64,000 nucleotides of DNA from an uncultured virus (IMG/VR IMGVR_UViG_3300025276_000028) (IMGVR_UViG_3300025276_000028); one strand, 5' to 3'. Positions 48,269 through 58,591 are shown, counted from the first letter of the stretch. Notes: generated from the sequence alone by a model not told the origin. A program made the numbers and translations.

Positions 48269-50776
48269 TTGGAATTTTATACATCAGTAAGTCGTTACGG
48301 TAACAAGATCCTATATCGTGGATACCGTGACAACAACAAGGTGGAGACTAAAGACCGGTTCTCACCTACGTTATACCAACAATCAGCTGATGGAACTGCA
48401 AAGGTGCTTGACGGCACCCGCGTAGCTCCTCGCACCTTTGACTCCATGCGTGACGTAAAAGACTACGAAGCACAGTATGGCGATATCCCTTCTAAAATGT
48501 TATACGGTAATAAGAATTATCCTGTAGCATACATCCAAGACAAGTTTCCTGAAACCATTAAGTTCGATCGTGATAGAATTAATGTCACGTCTATCGACAT
48601 AGAAGTATATTCAAAAGATGGCTTTCCTGAACCTGTTGCTGCAAGTTATCCTATTATTTCTATTGCGATGACTAATAATATTGACAACATATATTATGTG
48701 TGGGGTCTGCACGATTATGACGTCAGCAAAGCTCTATTAAAAGACCGTGAAATCAAATACATCAAGTGCACCGATGAACGTGATCTAATCACTCGATTCA
48801 TTACGCACTGGTCTCATCCGCTCAATACACCTGATGTACTGACTGGCTGGAATACTTTGTATTTCGACATACCTTATATTATCAATAGGACTATGCAAGT
48901 TTGCTCCGAAGACTGGTGCAAAAAGCTTTCTCCGTGGGGTGTCATTCAAGCTCGCGAAGCTACCGTTATGGGTCGTAAGCAGCAAAAGTGGTCTATCATG
49001 GGTATCGCACAATTAGACTATCTAGATCTATTCAAAAAGTTCGGTTATTCTTATGGCACACAGGAATCGTATAAGCTAGATCATATTGCTTATGTGGTGC
49101 TAGGTGAACGTAAGCTTTCCTATGAAGAATACTCTTCTCTGCATTCGTTGTATGAAAATGACTATCAGAAATTCATTGACTATAACATTAAAGACACCGA
49201 GCTAATCTCCCGCTTCGAGGATAAGATGGGACTAATCACCCTCGCACTGACTATGGCATATCGTGGCGGTGTTAACTACGAAGACGTCATGGGTACTACT
49301 GCGATATGGGATGCCATTATATTCCGTGATCTATCCTCTAAAGGTATTATCATTCCGCCAATGACTGAAAAGTTTAAAAGCAGTTTTGCCGGTGGTTATG
49401 TTAAAGCACCTCAAGTAGGTCTTCACGACTGGGTAGTGTCATTTGACCTTAACTCATTATATCCAAATATAATCGTCCAATGGAATATGTCTCCAGAGAC
49501 TATCGTCGATAAAGTTGTATATGGCACTGACGTCAAATCATTACTTAACGCTGACTCACCTTCCGATACGGATGGCTATTCTATGGCTGCCACCGGCCAA
49601 TGTTTCTCTAAAGGTCGTCAAGGTTTCCTACCAAGGATAATCACAGAGTATTACGATGAACGTAGTATCATTAAAAAGCGTATGCTTGCATCTCAGCAAG
49701 AGCTGGAAGGTGTTGACAAGTCTAATAAGCAGGAGTTATATCGCGTAGAACGTGACATATCGATTTATGAAAACCAACAAATGGCTATCAAAATCTTGCT
49801 TAACTCTTTGTATGGCGCCTTGGGTAACCAATGGTTCAGATACTTTGACTTACGTATTGCGGAAGCAATCACGGTAAGCGGTCAATTGGCAATTCAGTTA
49901 GCCGAAAAGTCTGTCAATACCCACATGAATAAACTACTTAAGACTGACAAAGACTATGTTATTGCAATTGACACAGACTCGATCTATGTTAATATGAATA
50001 AGATCGTTCAGAAGTTTAAGCCTGTTAATCCAGTTAAGTTCCTTGATAAGATTGCCGAGACTTCCTTTATTCCGGTTATTGATGATACCTATAAGCAACT
50101 ACATAATGTGACTAATTCATATGTCCCTCGTATGGTTATGGCTCGAGAAGCTATTGCTGACAAAGGCATCTGGACTGCAAAGAAGCGTTATATATTAAAT
50201 GTGCATAACAACGAAGGTGTTCAGTATGCAACACCAAAACTCAAGATCATGGGTATCGAAGCAATCAAATCTTCCACTCCTGAAGTCTGCCGTAATGCGT
50301 TGCGTGACATATTTAAAGTTATTATATCCGGTGACGAAGGTTCTACTCAGCGGGCAGTTCAAAGGTTTAAGTCTGAATTTGTTAATTGTAGTATCGAAGA
50401 GATCTCTTTCCCTCGTGGCGTAAGCGATATTGTCAAGTGGAAAAACAATGCAACGATCTATGGCAAAGGTACACCAATCCATGTCAGAGGTTCTTTACTG
50501 TATAACTACTATGTCAAACAGGCAAAGCTAGATAAAAAGTATCCTGCCATCAAGAACGGCGAAAAGATCAAGTTCTGTTATCTTAAGTTGCCAAACAGTA
50601 TGCGTGAAAACGTCATATCGTTTCCTGACTATATGCCTACCGAGCTTGGCCTTGAAAAATACGTCGACTATGAAAAGCAATTTAGCAAAACCTTTATCGA
50701 TCCAATTGAGCCTATCTTTGCTGCGGTCGGTTGGAGTGTGGAACCACAGGCGACTTTAGATGAATTCTTTGGTTAA
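48269..50776 (+). CDS. gp43: Family B DNA polymerase gp43
   Basis: DIEV exo I, GWN...FDIPY, SFDLNSLYP, KILLNSLYG, IDTDS, KKRY; TTG start after GAGGAG. Confidence 0.97.
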   Translation: MEFYTSVSRYGNKILYRGYRDNNKVETKDRFSPTLYQQSADGTAKVLDGTRVAPRTFDSMRDVKDYEAQYGDIPSKMLYGNKNYPVAYIQDKFPETIKFDRDRINVTSIDIEVYSKDGFPEPVAASYPIISIAMTNNIDNIYYVWGLHDYDVSKALLKDREIKYIKCTDERDLITRFITHWSHPLNTPDVLTGWNTLYFDIPYIINRTMQVCSEDWCKKLSPWGVIQAREATVMGRKQQKWSIMGIAQLDYLDLFKKFGYSYGTQESYKLDHIAYVVLGERKLSYEEYSSLHSLYENDYQKFIDYNIKDTELISRFEDKMGLITLALTMAYRGGVNYEDVMGTTAIWDAIIFRDLSSKGIIIPPMTEKFKSSFAGGYVKAPQVGLHDWVVSFDLNSLYPNIIVQWNMSPETIVDKVVYGTDVKSLLNADSPSDTDGYSMAATGQCFSKGRQGFLPRIITEYYDERSIIKKRMLASQQELEGVDKSNKQELYRVERDISIYENQQMAIKILLNSLYGALGNQWFRYFDLRIAEAITVSGQLAIQLAEKSVNTHMNKLLKTDKDYVIAIDTDSIYVNMNKIVQKFKPVNPVKFLDKIAETSFIPVIDDTYKQLHNVTNSYVPRMVMAREAIADKGIWTAKKRYILNVHNNEGVQYATPKLKIMGIEAIKSSTPEVCRNALRDIFKVIISGDEGSTQRAVQRFKSEFVNCSIEEISFPRGVSDIVKWKNNATIYGKGTPIHVRGSLLYNYYVKQAKLDKKYPAIKNGEKIKFCYLKLPNSMRENVISFPDYMPTELGLEKYVDYEKQFSKTFIDPIEPIFAAVGWSVEPQATLDEFFG

Positions 50777-50781
50777 ATGTG

Positions 50782-50810
50782 TGTACATACAAGTTGTATT
50801 GTGTTATAAT
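50782..50810 (+). promoter_or_regulatory. Early/middle promoter
   Basis: TGTACA-N17-TATAAT. Confidence 0.75.
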
Positions 50811-50836
50811 AGTACTTTAAATAAGAGGAATAATAT

Positions 50837-51280
50837 ATGTCAGTAGATTTAGTAAGTGATATTCATAATATGCACACAAAGTATGGTGTTCATAAATGGA
50901 TGTTAACACAAATGAAAGAAGGTAACGCAGATTCACTACGAAAGTTCTTAGAGTTTCGAATCAACTTTCTATCAGAAGAATTAGATGAAACTTATAAAGC
51001 TCTTTCAGAGAATGATGCAGAAGAAGTAGTTGATGGTCTTATCGATCTATGTGTTGTTGCCATTGGCACATTAAACGCATTCGGTGTTGATGAGAATGAA
51101 GCGTGGGATCGTGTGTATATTGCCAATATGAATAAGAACGTAGGTGTTAAAGAAGGTCGTCCAAATCCCCTTGGACTTCCAGACTTAGTAAAGCCAGAAG
51201 GTTGGACTGCACCATCACACGCAAATAATCATGGCAATATACCATACGCATTAACTGGTAAACACAGCGAGACGGACTAA
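50837..51280 (+). CDS. MazG-like / PRA-PH all-alpha NTP pyrophosphohydrolase
   Basis: R..FL.EEL.E......D.EEVVDGLID, V..ANM.K, KPEGW.AP. Confidence 0.8.
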   Translation: MSVDLVSDIHNMHTKYGVHKWMLTQMKEGNADSLRKFLEFRINFLSEELDETYKALSENDAEEVVDGLIDLCVVAIGTLNAFGVDENEAWDRVYIANMNKNVGVKEGRPNPLGLPDLVKPEGWTAPSHANNHGNIPYALTGKHSETD

Positions 51281-51281
51281 A

Positions 51282-52226
51282 ATGTACCAAGTAACAATAT
51301 TCAATTCAATATACGACAATAAGACCGACAAGGTACTGACGTTTGATACATGGGTTGAATTTGTTACTTTACTTAAAAGGTTATCAACTCAGCCAGGTTA
51401 TAAGCCAAAGAAAGATGAAAGAGCTAAAGGTTCATCACTCATTTCTCCAGCGGTTTATGAATCTGGCACAACTCGTTCTATGCACAACGCTACAAGCTGG
51501 GCAGGATGGGCTGCACTTGATATTGATGACTATGAAGGTACATTTGACCAGTTGTTACAGAAGTATTCTAAGTATGAATATGTCTGTTACTCCACGCCGT
51601 CGTCAAGTGAAGATAAGCCTAAATGCCGTATGGTATTAAATCTTACTCGTGCTGTCGGCAAGGATGAATTTAGACACTTCTGGTATGCAACTAACATTGA
51701 GTTCGGTGAAGTGGCAGATGCACAAACAAAGGATATATCACGTATGTTCTATGTGCCTGCTGATTATCCAGATGCATATAACTTCTTTATCCATAATGAT
51801 GGAGAGGTGTTAGATCCGGCAGTATTAATGGATAAGCATACCTTTGTAGGTGGTCTACAGAGAACTTATGGCGGATCATTCTTTGATCGTCTGCCAGAAT
51901 CCATGCAAACTATTATTGTACAGCATAGAAAAGATTCTTCTGATAATACAAATTATTCGTGGTCATCATATCATAATTGTCCATTTATATCAAAGAAAAT
52001 AATTAACGAATATATGTCAATTTCAGAGACTGGCTGGTACCGTAAAATGTATCAGATGATGGTTGCTATAGCATATCGTGCAGTTGCAAAGGGCTATCCA
52101 ATAACCTCATCTGAAATCAGTATATTGTGTAAGGAGATCGACCGTGACACTGGAAACTGGTATGAAAGCCGTCCAATAGAACACGAGGCAGATCGAGCAA
52201 TTGAGTACGTCTATAGGAACGTTTAA
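51282..52226 (+). CDS. Primase-polymerase (AEP)-like protein
   Basis: AALDIDD (DxD), YST.SS...KPK.R.VL.L.R, D.QTKD.SRMFYVP. Confidence 0.55.
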   Translation: MYQVTIFNSIYDNKTDKVLTFDTWVEFVTLLKRLSTQPGYKPKKDERAKGSSLISPAVYESGTTRSMHNATSWAGWAALDIDDYEGTFDQLLQKYSKYEYVCYSTPSSSEDKPKCRMVLNLTRAVGKDEFRHFWYATNIEFGEVADAQTKDISRMFYVPADYPDAYNFFIHNDGEVLDPAVLMDKHTFVGGLQRTYGGSFFDRLPESMQTIIVQHRKDSSDNTNYSWSSYHNCPFISKKIINEYMSISETGWYRKMYQMMVAIAYRAVAKGYPITSSEISILCKEIDRDTGNWYESRPIEHEADRAIEYVYRNV

Positions 52227-52227
52227 T

Positions 52228-52761
52228 ATGAAAGAGTATGTTGAGTTATTTAAGAATCCAGTTAAAGTATCAATTAATAAAACTGAAGACCGCGCTTTGT
52301 GGATGGCTGAAGGTATTTACGATAATATAAAATCACGAAAAGGTCGTGATTGGAATAAAGTATATTGGGACACACTCGGTGGTGTCGTATGCGAAGAAGG
52401 TGTAGCATCATTGTGTGGTGAATTGAATACTCAAGAGTTTGATGTAACAGATAGATCTACCTATGGGTGGGATGTGATGTCTAAATTTGGCCATAAGATA
52501 GAAGTTAAACGCCATAAAGAAATATGGTATTCGTTTTATCAAACTGCAGTGAATACATTACATAATTCAATTGAAGCCAAAGCTTTTGATTATATAGTGA
52601 CTGCATCTTATGAGAAGTTTACTGATCATTATCTAGTAAGACCTAGATTGATTATAGAACCTTTGACTTTCCGTAAGTACACTCGCGATTCAAAATATAG
52701 TACAGGTTTATACTATGATCACTATGCAGCCAAAGGTAAGAATCAATGCATAATCTTTTAA
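52228..52761 (+). CDS. Putative PD-(D/E)xK nuclease
   Basis: G.VCE upstream, then YGWDV......IEVK. Confidence 0.45.
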   Translation: MKEYVELFKNPVKVSINKTEDRALWMAEGIYDNIKSRKGRDWNKVYWDTLGGVVCEEGVASLCGELNTQEFDVTDRSTYGWDVMSKFGHKIEVKRHKEIWYSFYQTAVNTLHNSIEAKAFDYIVTASYEKFTDHYLVRPRLIIEPLTFRKYTRDSKYSTGLYYDHYAAKGKNQCIIF

Positions 52762-52770
52762 AAATAAGTG

Positions 52771-52799
52771 TGTACATTTGCGTCCGTTTGTGGTATAAT
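52771..52799 (+). promoter_or_regulatory. Early/middle promoter of the modification operon
   Basis: TGTACA-N17-TATAAT. Confidence 0.75.
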
Positions 52800-52830
52800 A
52801 GTACCATAAATTTATTAAACAGGAATTTGT

Positions 52831-53142
52831 ATGAAATACGATGAAGGTAAGACTGATCTATCCTTAATGCCACCAGAAGCTCTAGCTGAAATCTCTCGTG
52901 TATTGATGTTCGGTGCTGAGAAGTACGGTCGCAACAACTGGCGTGATGATGGTAATACCACACCTCATTCACGTACCTACGCGTCTGTTCAACGTCATCT
53001 AAATTCATATTGGCAAGGTGAAGACTTTGATCCAGAATCAATGCAACGTCATCTAGCTCATGCAGCCACTCAATTAATTATCCTTATGATGCATACCCAT
53101 GACGGTCATGCTAATATGGATGATCGCTATCCACCATTCTAA
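52831..53142 (+). CDS. dATP/dGTP diphosphohydrolase domain protein (DUF5664-like)
   Basis: KYD.GK..LSL.P..AL.E..RVL.FGA.KYG.NNWR, RHL.....GED.DPES...HLAHA. Confidence 0.8.
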   Translation: MKYDEGKTDLSLMPPEALAEISRVLMFGAEKYGRNNWRDDGNTTPHSRTYASVQRHLNSYWQGEDFDPESMQRHLAHAATQLIILMMHTHDGHANMDDRYPPF

Positions 53143-53153
53143 GGAATAATATA

Positions 53154-53840
53154 ATGAATGTTTCAGACATACGCAAATACTTTATTGAAGAACTAAAGAA
53201 TAAGAACTTCACTAAAGATAAATCTGGCCAAGAAACTATTGAGCTTATCGGTGCATCTTTTATTGCTGATGAACAATCTATATTCGGTGTACCAAACAAA
53301 CAGTATATCGATAAAGAGATTAAATGGTATCAATCCGGATCAACTAACGTTAATGACATTTATGGTAAAGAGTTCGTAAAGGCTCCAGAAGCATGGGTCG
53401 GTGCTGCAGATAAGTATGGCAATATTAATAGTAACTATGGTAAGTTAATCTTTGACAGTGAATATCACAATCAATATAATCATGCTTTAGGTGAGTTATT
53501 AAATAACCCTGATAGTCGTCGTGCTACTATGGTTTATACTCGTCCAAGTATATGGCGTGAGTTTAACAAAGGCGGTATGTCAGATTTTATATGCACTAAC
53601 GCTGTGACATATTATGTTCGTGATGGTAAGCTAAACGCAGTTGTTCAAATGCGTTCTAATGATGTTGTCTTCGGATATAAGAATGATTGGGCATGGCAGA
53701 TGTATGTATTAAAAAATATGGTTATAGATTGGAATAAAGACAGTTTCGCAATGCTACAAGGATCTATTGAGGTTGGCACTATAACATGGCAGGTACAAAA
53801 CCTTCATGTATATTCTAGGCATTTCGACCTTGTCAAATAA
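53154..53840 (+). CDS. gp42: dCMP hydroxymethylase-like (T4 gp42 family)
   Basis: TIE.IGASF.ADE..IFG, INSNYG, NPDSRR..M.YTRPS, GMSDF.CTN, MRSNDVVFG.KND, LHVYSRHF; cytosine-specifying Asp retained. Confidence 0.85.
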   Translation: MNVSDIRKYFIEELKNKNFTKDKSGQETIELIGASFIADEQSIFGVPNKQYIDKEIKWYQSGSTNVNDIYGKEFVKAPEAWVGAADKYGNINSNYGKLIFDSEYHNQYNHALGELLNNPDSRRATMVYTRPSIWREFNKGGMSDFICTNAVTYYVRDGKLNAVVQMRSNDVVFGYKNDWAWQMYVLKNMVIDWNKDSFAMLQGSIEVGTITWQVQNLHVYSRHFDLVK

Positions 53841-54288
53841 CAAATGGACTCGCAGGTATATAGACCTCGCAAAATCAGTTTCAGAGTGGTCAAAAGATCC
53901 TTCTCGTAAAATAGGTGCAGTTGCTATTGGAGATAAGGGTCAGATCCTAGCACAAGGATTTAATGGCTTCCCTCGTGGAATAACTGATTCAGTAGAACGT
54001 TATAATAACCGCGAGCTCAAATATAAGTTTGTTGTTCATGCCGAAATGAATGTTATATATAACGCGTCGTATAACGGTGTATCACTCGATGGTGCTGATC
54101 TATATGTCTATGGACTACCTATTTGTAGCGACTGCGCAAAAGGTATTGTACAAGTAGGTATAAAGCGTGTTATAATGCCTATGCCAACTGAAATTCCTGA
54201 GCAATGGGTTGCCTCATGGGAATTAAGTAAAACTATGTTTGAAGAAGCTGGAGTAAAATATGTCTTCTGTGATTACGAATCCGATTAG
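53830..54288 (+). CDS. dCMP deaminase
   Basis: WSKDPS..IGAV, GFNGFPRG, HAEMN, PICSDC; start uncertain. Confidence 0.88.
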   Translation: MSNNKWTRRYIDLAKSVSEWSKDPSRKIGAVAIGDKGQILAQGFNGFPRGITDSVERYNNRELKYKFVVHAEMNVIYNASYNGVSLDGADLYVYGLPICSDCAKGIVQVGIKRVIMPMPTEIPEQWVASWELSKTMFEEAGVKYVFCDYESD

Positions 54289-55231
54289 CAATATTCCTAT
54301 CAATATTAAGTCCCATACACACGGATGGGCACAGGTATGGAAGCATCAGTTAGATGCGTCTATTGATCATAAATGCACATCAAAGATTAAACTAGCAGAG
54401 ACTGTTTATATCGACCATGGAGCAAACTTTGGCGGTACACTAAATCTATTTGGTGGCGCTGCTCAAGAAGTATATGATCGTATTAATATCGTCTTATCAT
54501 GTAGGAATATTATATCGCTTGATCATGATATGCCTGACTATGGCGTTATGTTAAAGCCTCGTATTGGTGCAAAGACTACGTTTGAAGGTATCACCGAGGA
54601 ATGGTGTGATGCAGTCAGCAAGCGATTGTCCACGGTTAAATCATTAAAGCAGGAAGATCTAATCACGGACGGTATCACTGTAGGTGATTCACATACAATT
54701 GCATTCGCTGCTCCTGGTGATATGGTTCTACGCAATGATGGTAAGACATTACACGGTGCAATGAAACATGGTCTAAAGGACATGTTCAGAGGTGCACCAA
54801 AGCGCCATAAGCGTATCACGTTTTCTTTAGGTTCTATTGACATACGTCATCACATCCTACGCCATGAGGATTTCAATCTAAAGCATTTTATTAATGAATA
54901 CGTATCGCAAGGAGAAGCAATTGATGCTGATGTGTATTATGCAGCGCCAGTTCCTGTTGAGTTCGAAGATAGACGTATACCTAAGACCGGATACTATAAG
55001 AAGACTGCATTTTATGGTACGGAATATGAACGTCGTGAACTAACTAATAGATTCATTGACGAGCTTGATACAAGGTCGGGTGGTGGTAGAGTTATTATGC
55101 CACCTTCTGACTGGTACACTATGGATTCTAAAACATACGCCAATACCTTTATGGAGCATGGATCTTCTTTCCATATTGCTCCACCATTTTATAGGCATAA
55201 CGATTGGGGAGTAAGTTCTTTTGGCTCATAA
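54260..55231 (+). CDS. Hypothetical protein with an SGNH-like C-terminal domain
   Basis: GDSH block I, GKTLHG, LGSIDIRHH, late S.H. Confidence 0.5.
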   Translation: MSSVITNPISNIPINIKSHTHGWAQVWKHQLDASIDHKCTSKIKLAETVYIDHGANFGGTLNLFGGAAQEVYDRINIVLSCRNIISLDHDMPDYGVMLKPRIGAKTTFEGITEEWCDAVSKRLSTVKSLKQEDLITDGITVGDSHTIAFAAPGDMVLRNDGKTLHGAMKHGLKDMFRGAPKRHKRITFSLGSIDIRHHILRHEDFNLKHFINEYVSQGEAIDADVYYAAPVPVEFEDRRIPKTGYYKKTAFYGTEYERRELTNRFIDELDTRSGGGRVIMPPSDWYTMDSKTYANTFMEHGSSFHIAPPFYRHNDWGVSSFGS

Positions 55232-56120
55232 TAATCACGTAACTGACGGGTTCAATAAAGACGTTTCACCTTTATATGGAATGTCAGCCGCATTAGAATA
55301 TTATTTAGATCTAGCACGTGATTGGGAAGATCCTAATCCAGCACCACGTATTACTACGCACGAAGGTATTAGAGTAGTCCGTGACGATGATCTTGTAGGA
55401 AGTAAAGTGCGAGGTGGCGATTGTCTTATATCAACACTACCCGAACACATTGACACCATCGTCTATGTACAACCACGTACTGGTCTGGCTGGTGTTTCGC
55501 TTCTTGATGTGGCAAAACGTCATGGTAAGAAAGTTAAACTATTCATGCCATCTTCAAAGAAGATATCGGTACATCAGGCTTGCTGTATTGAACGTGGATG
55601 TGACTATGACTTCTATCGTATTGCAGCGATGCCTAACCTAAATCTTATTGCAAAGAAATGGGCAGACAGACATCCTAATGCATTCTTTGTTCCTCTTGGA
55701 TTGAAGCATGAATTAGTTACTGCTGGTTTCGTTAAGGTTGCATCGAGGATTAAAGAGCCTGATGAAGTATACCTTGCAACATCAACAGGTGTACTCACAC
55801 GATCACTTCAAATAGCATGGCCTAATGCAAAGTTTACTTCTGTATGTGTGTCACGTAATATGAAGGCTGGCGAGTTAGGTGTAGCAGAACCTATATCAGA
55901 ACCACTTGCCTTTCAAGCATCCGAGAAGACACACAACCTTCCACCATTTCCTAATATTGCAACATACGATGGTAAAGTCTGGAAGTACATACCTAAGAAT
56001 AGTGATAAAGATATTCTATTCTGGAACGTTGGCGGTGAGCCTGAACTACTAGATGATTCTATATACGATAGAATCGATTCATACAGAGACTGGAGTAAAA
56101 ATGAAACAACCGTGGCTTAA
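55221..56120 (+). CDS. PLP-dependent enzyme, fold type II
   Basis: VRDD....GSK.R (PLP lysine), F.PLG, ATSTG phosphate loop, YDGK.W, LFWNVG; resembles ACC deaminase / D-cysteine desulfhydrase pattern. Confidence 0.75.
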   Translation: MAHNNHVTDGFNKDVSPLYGMSAALEYYLDLARDWEDPNPAPRITTHEGIRVVRDDDLVGSKVRGGDCLISTLPEHIDTIVYVQPRTGLAGVSLLDVAKRHGKKVKLFMPSSKKISVHQACCIERGCDYDFYRIAAMPNLNLIAKKWADRHPNAFFVPLGLKHELVTAGFVKVASRIKEPDEVYLATSTGVLTRSLQIAWPNAKFTSVCVSRNMKAGELGVAEPISEPLAFQASEKTHNLPPFPNIATYDGKVWKYIPKNSDKDILFWNVGGEPELLDDSIYDRIDSYRDWSKNETTVA

Positions 56121-57126
56121 CGAAGAAGCAATAGACGTATTCTCTAACTACTATTATCCTAGGGCAAAATGGTTACAGGATAACGTTAACTGGGGAGATT
56201 CTGATTACTTTTGTGATGAGGCTGATGTTGCTGTTAATGATCCGCTCATGCAGACCATAGACATTTATGACTGTTACACTCGTAATGCTGCAGGATTCTC
56301 TAATGTACCACAGGACTTATGGTTCGGTTCAAAGACTCCTAAGTCAAGATGGCATAACGAGCAACGTCGTGAATTAAATGCATCTAATGATAGTATCGAT
56401 TGGGATATGAAAACATGGTTATATGTATTTTTATGTCATCGTATTATGGGATCGGGTGCATCATTTGAGAATGATCATGGTTATCGTAATAACGTGGTTC
56501 AGCATTGGGGTAAGTATAAGACTATCGAAGAGATGGCTGCAAACATGGTTGAAACCAAGTCACGTGGTGTTCCAATGTTTACCTCTATTGGTAACCAACC
56601 ACCTGCTCCAAAGAAAGGCACATCAAACGTAGACTATATGTCAATCGAACTTCCACCACTCATTGACCGTTTTCATAAATGGCTTATACTAGAAACTCGT
56701 GGGCATAAGGATATTGTAGACTACCTTAATGGATACAATGCTGAAGTAGGTCATAGGAAGTTTAACTTTGTATATGCAGCATTCTCAATGGATTGCTCTG
56801 ACTACTTTCCTGAATATGTTGATGTGGATTCACATACTTATTTAGGTAATAATGCAGTAAGATGCATGAAACGATTATCATCAGGATGGAAGGCGGATGA
56901 CTTTATGGACTTACTGGTTGAACGTACAGGTGGTAAGGCAAAAGATTTAGAGGATGTTATGTGTGATTTTGTTAGATTTGGTCAGAATTATGTACCACGT
57001 GGCAATGGAACATTTGATCATGTATCATCTGCATTATCGAATGGTTCAGGATGGGTATCCGGATGGGATCAAAGGCAAGGAAAGCCGCCAGAAAAAGGTT
57101 TACAATTGGATGCATTCATGTTATAA
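56101..57126 (+). CDS. Putative base-modifying helical transferase (aGPT-Pplase-like)
   Basis: F.YAAF..D..DY, LG.NA.R, D.EDV.CDF.R C-terminal motif resembling E..LCEF.KY; operon context. Confidence 0.5.
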   Translation: MKQPWLNEEAIDVFSNYYYPRAKWLQDNVNWGDSDYFCDEADVAVNDPLMQTIDIYDCYTRNAAGFSNVPQDLWFGSKTPKSRWHNEQRRELNASNDSIDWDMKTWLYVFLCHRIMGSGASFENDHGYRNNVVQHWGKYKTIEEMAANMVETKSRGVPMFTSIGNQPPAPKKGTSNVDYMSIELPPLIDRFHKWLILETRGHKDIVDYLNGYNAEVGHRKFNFVYAAFSMDCSDYFPEYVDVDSHTYLGNNAVRCMKRLSSGWKADDFMDLLVERTGGKAKDLEDVMCDFVRFGQNYVPRGNGTFDHVSSALSNGSGWVSGWDQRQGKPPEKGLQLDAFML

Positions 57127-57202
57127 TAGATGCATACTAATAAAAAACACAGGAAAAATAATGATAATATGTATGTACATTACTGCCCAAACAGTGTATA
57201 AT
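57099..57202 (+). promoter_or_regulatory. Two tandem promoters for uvsX
   Basis: TTTACA-N17-TATAAT (57099-57127) and TGTACA-N17-TATAAT (57174-57202). Confidence 0.7.
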
Positions 57203-57240
57203 AGGTCTTATCAATCAGGAAATACTAGGAGTATTATATT

Positions 57241-58314
57241 ATGTCAATAATGAATAAATTAAAAAAGAACTCGAGGCTAAAACATACTGCGGTCCTCTCT
57301 GAGTCAATCTTTTTCTCGGAGAAGGACGTCATTCAAACTGATGTTCCTATGATTAACGTAGCACTATCTGGAAGTTTAGATGGCGGATTAGTTCCAGGCC
57401 TTACGGTTCTGGCAGGTCCATCTAAGCATTTTAAGACAAGCTTTGCATTGAAAATTGCTGCAGCCTATCTTAATAAGTATTCCGATGCTGTAATGTTGTT
57501 CTATGATTCAGAGTTTGGCTCACCACAATCATACTTTGAAAACTTTGGTATTGATACTTCACGTGTATTGCATACACCTGTTGCCAATGTCGAAGAACTA
57601 AAGTTTGATCTTATTAATCAATTAGAAGAAATTACTCGAGATGACAAAGTCATTGTTGTAATAGATTCTATTGGTAACCTTGCAAGTAAGAAAGAATTAG
57701 ATGATGCATTAAATGAAAAGTCTGTTGCAGATATGACTCGAGCAAAAGCTCTTAAGGGTTTATTCCGTATGACCACACCATTCCTTGCAATGAAGAATAT
57801 TCCTTTACTTGCTGTCAATCATACCTACCAAGAAATCGGTTTGTTTCCAAAGGCAATTGTATCAGGTGGCACTGGTATCTATTACTCAGCAGATAACATA
57901 TGGATTATCGGCCGTCGCCAAACTAAAACTGGCACAGAGATTACTGGATATGACTTTGTTGTTAATATCGAGAAGTCACGATTTGTTAAAGAGAAATCAA
58001 AGATTCCTATCTCAGTATCATGGGAAGGCGGTATTGAAAAGTACTCAGGATTACTTGATGTTGCTCTTGCTGGTGGTTATGTTATTAAACCTAAGAATGG
58101 CTGGTATGCATTAGTTGATAAGTCTACGGGTGAAGTCGTTGGCGTTAACCGACGTGCTAAAGATACATCATGTGCAGAATTCTGGGATCCAATCTTTAAA
58201 GATACTGACTTCGGCGAATTTATTAAGAATCAATACTCGGTTGATCGTAAAGCTGAGCTAGGTGAAGACTTCTTAGACAATGTGCCGGAGATTGAATATA
58301 ATGATGAAGTATGA
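57241..58314 (+). CDS. uvsX: RecA-like recombinase UvsX
   Basis: AGPSKHFKT, FYDSEFG, IDSIGNLASKKE, DMTRAK, SGGTG..YSAD. Confidence 0.96.
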   Translation: MSIMNKLKKNSRLKHTAVLSESIFFSEKDVIQTDVPMINVALSGSLDGGLVPGLTVLAGPSKHFKTSFALKIAAAYLNKYSDAVMLFYDSEFGSPQSYFENFGIDTSRVLHTPVANVEELKFDLINQLEEITRDDKVIVVIDSIGNLASKKELDDALNEKSVADMTRAKALKGLFRMTTPFLAMKNIPLLAVNHTYQEIGLFPKAIVSGGTGIYYSADNIWIIGRRQTKTGTEITGYDFVVNIEKSRFVKEKSKIPISVSWEGGIEKYSGLLDVALAGGYVIKPKNGWYALVDKSTGEVVGVNRRAKDTSCAEFWDPIFKDTDFGEFIKNQYSVDRKAELGEDFLDNVPEIEYNDEV

Positions 58315-58591
58315 GCTAGTTGACGATAAGACTGATGACGAGCATTTCGCAGTTCGCATCACCGAAGGTAAGTACATAGATACTATCTATCGTTATAATG
58401 AAATTAAGGTGACTGAATCCGATGACGATTACGCCACCTTAAAGTTTGATTATCATATCATGGAGGGTAATATGGATCTCCATAATGATACTGACTTTGA
58501 AGAAGAGTTAGGTCATATTCTACATGAATGTTTGATTGAAGCAATTGATTATAAAGCAGAAAGTGCAAGTGATAAAGGGAAAAAGACCTAA
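58301..58591 (+). CDS. Hypothetical protein at the gp40 position
   Basis: Acidic protein between uvsX and gp41. Confidence 0.55.
   Translation: MMKYELVDDKTDDEHFAVRITEGKYIDTIYRYNEIKVTESDDDYATLKFDYHIMEGNMDLHNDTDFEEELGHILHECLIEAIDYKAESASDKGKKT

Noticed and set aside
48269..50776. Introns or inteins in gp43 (also checked gp17, gp41, uvsX)
   Set aside because: ORFs are continuous, of normal length, with no splicing or homing-nuclease motifs
52831..53142. Z-genome or 7-deazaguanine pathway suggested by the DUF5664 hydrolase
   Set aside because: No purZ, dpdA, folE or queCDE homologue in the window; context favours pyrimidine modification, though genes elsewhere cannot be excluded
53154..53840. 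Ordinary thyA thymidylate synthase
   Set aside because: Sequence tracks T4 gp42 with Asp rather than Asn at the specificity site, and thyX is present
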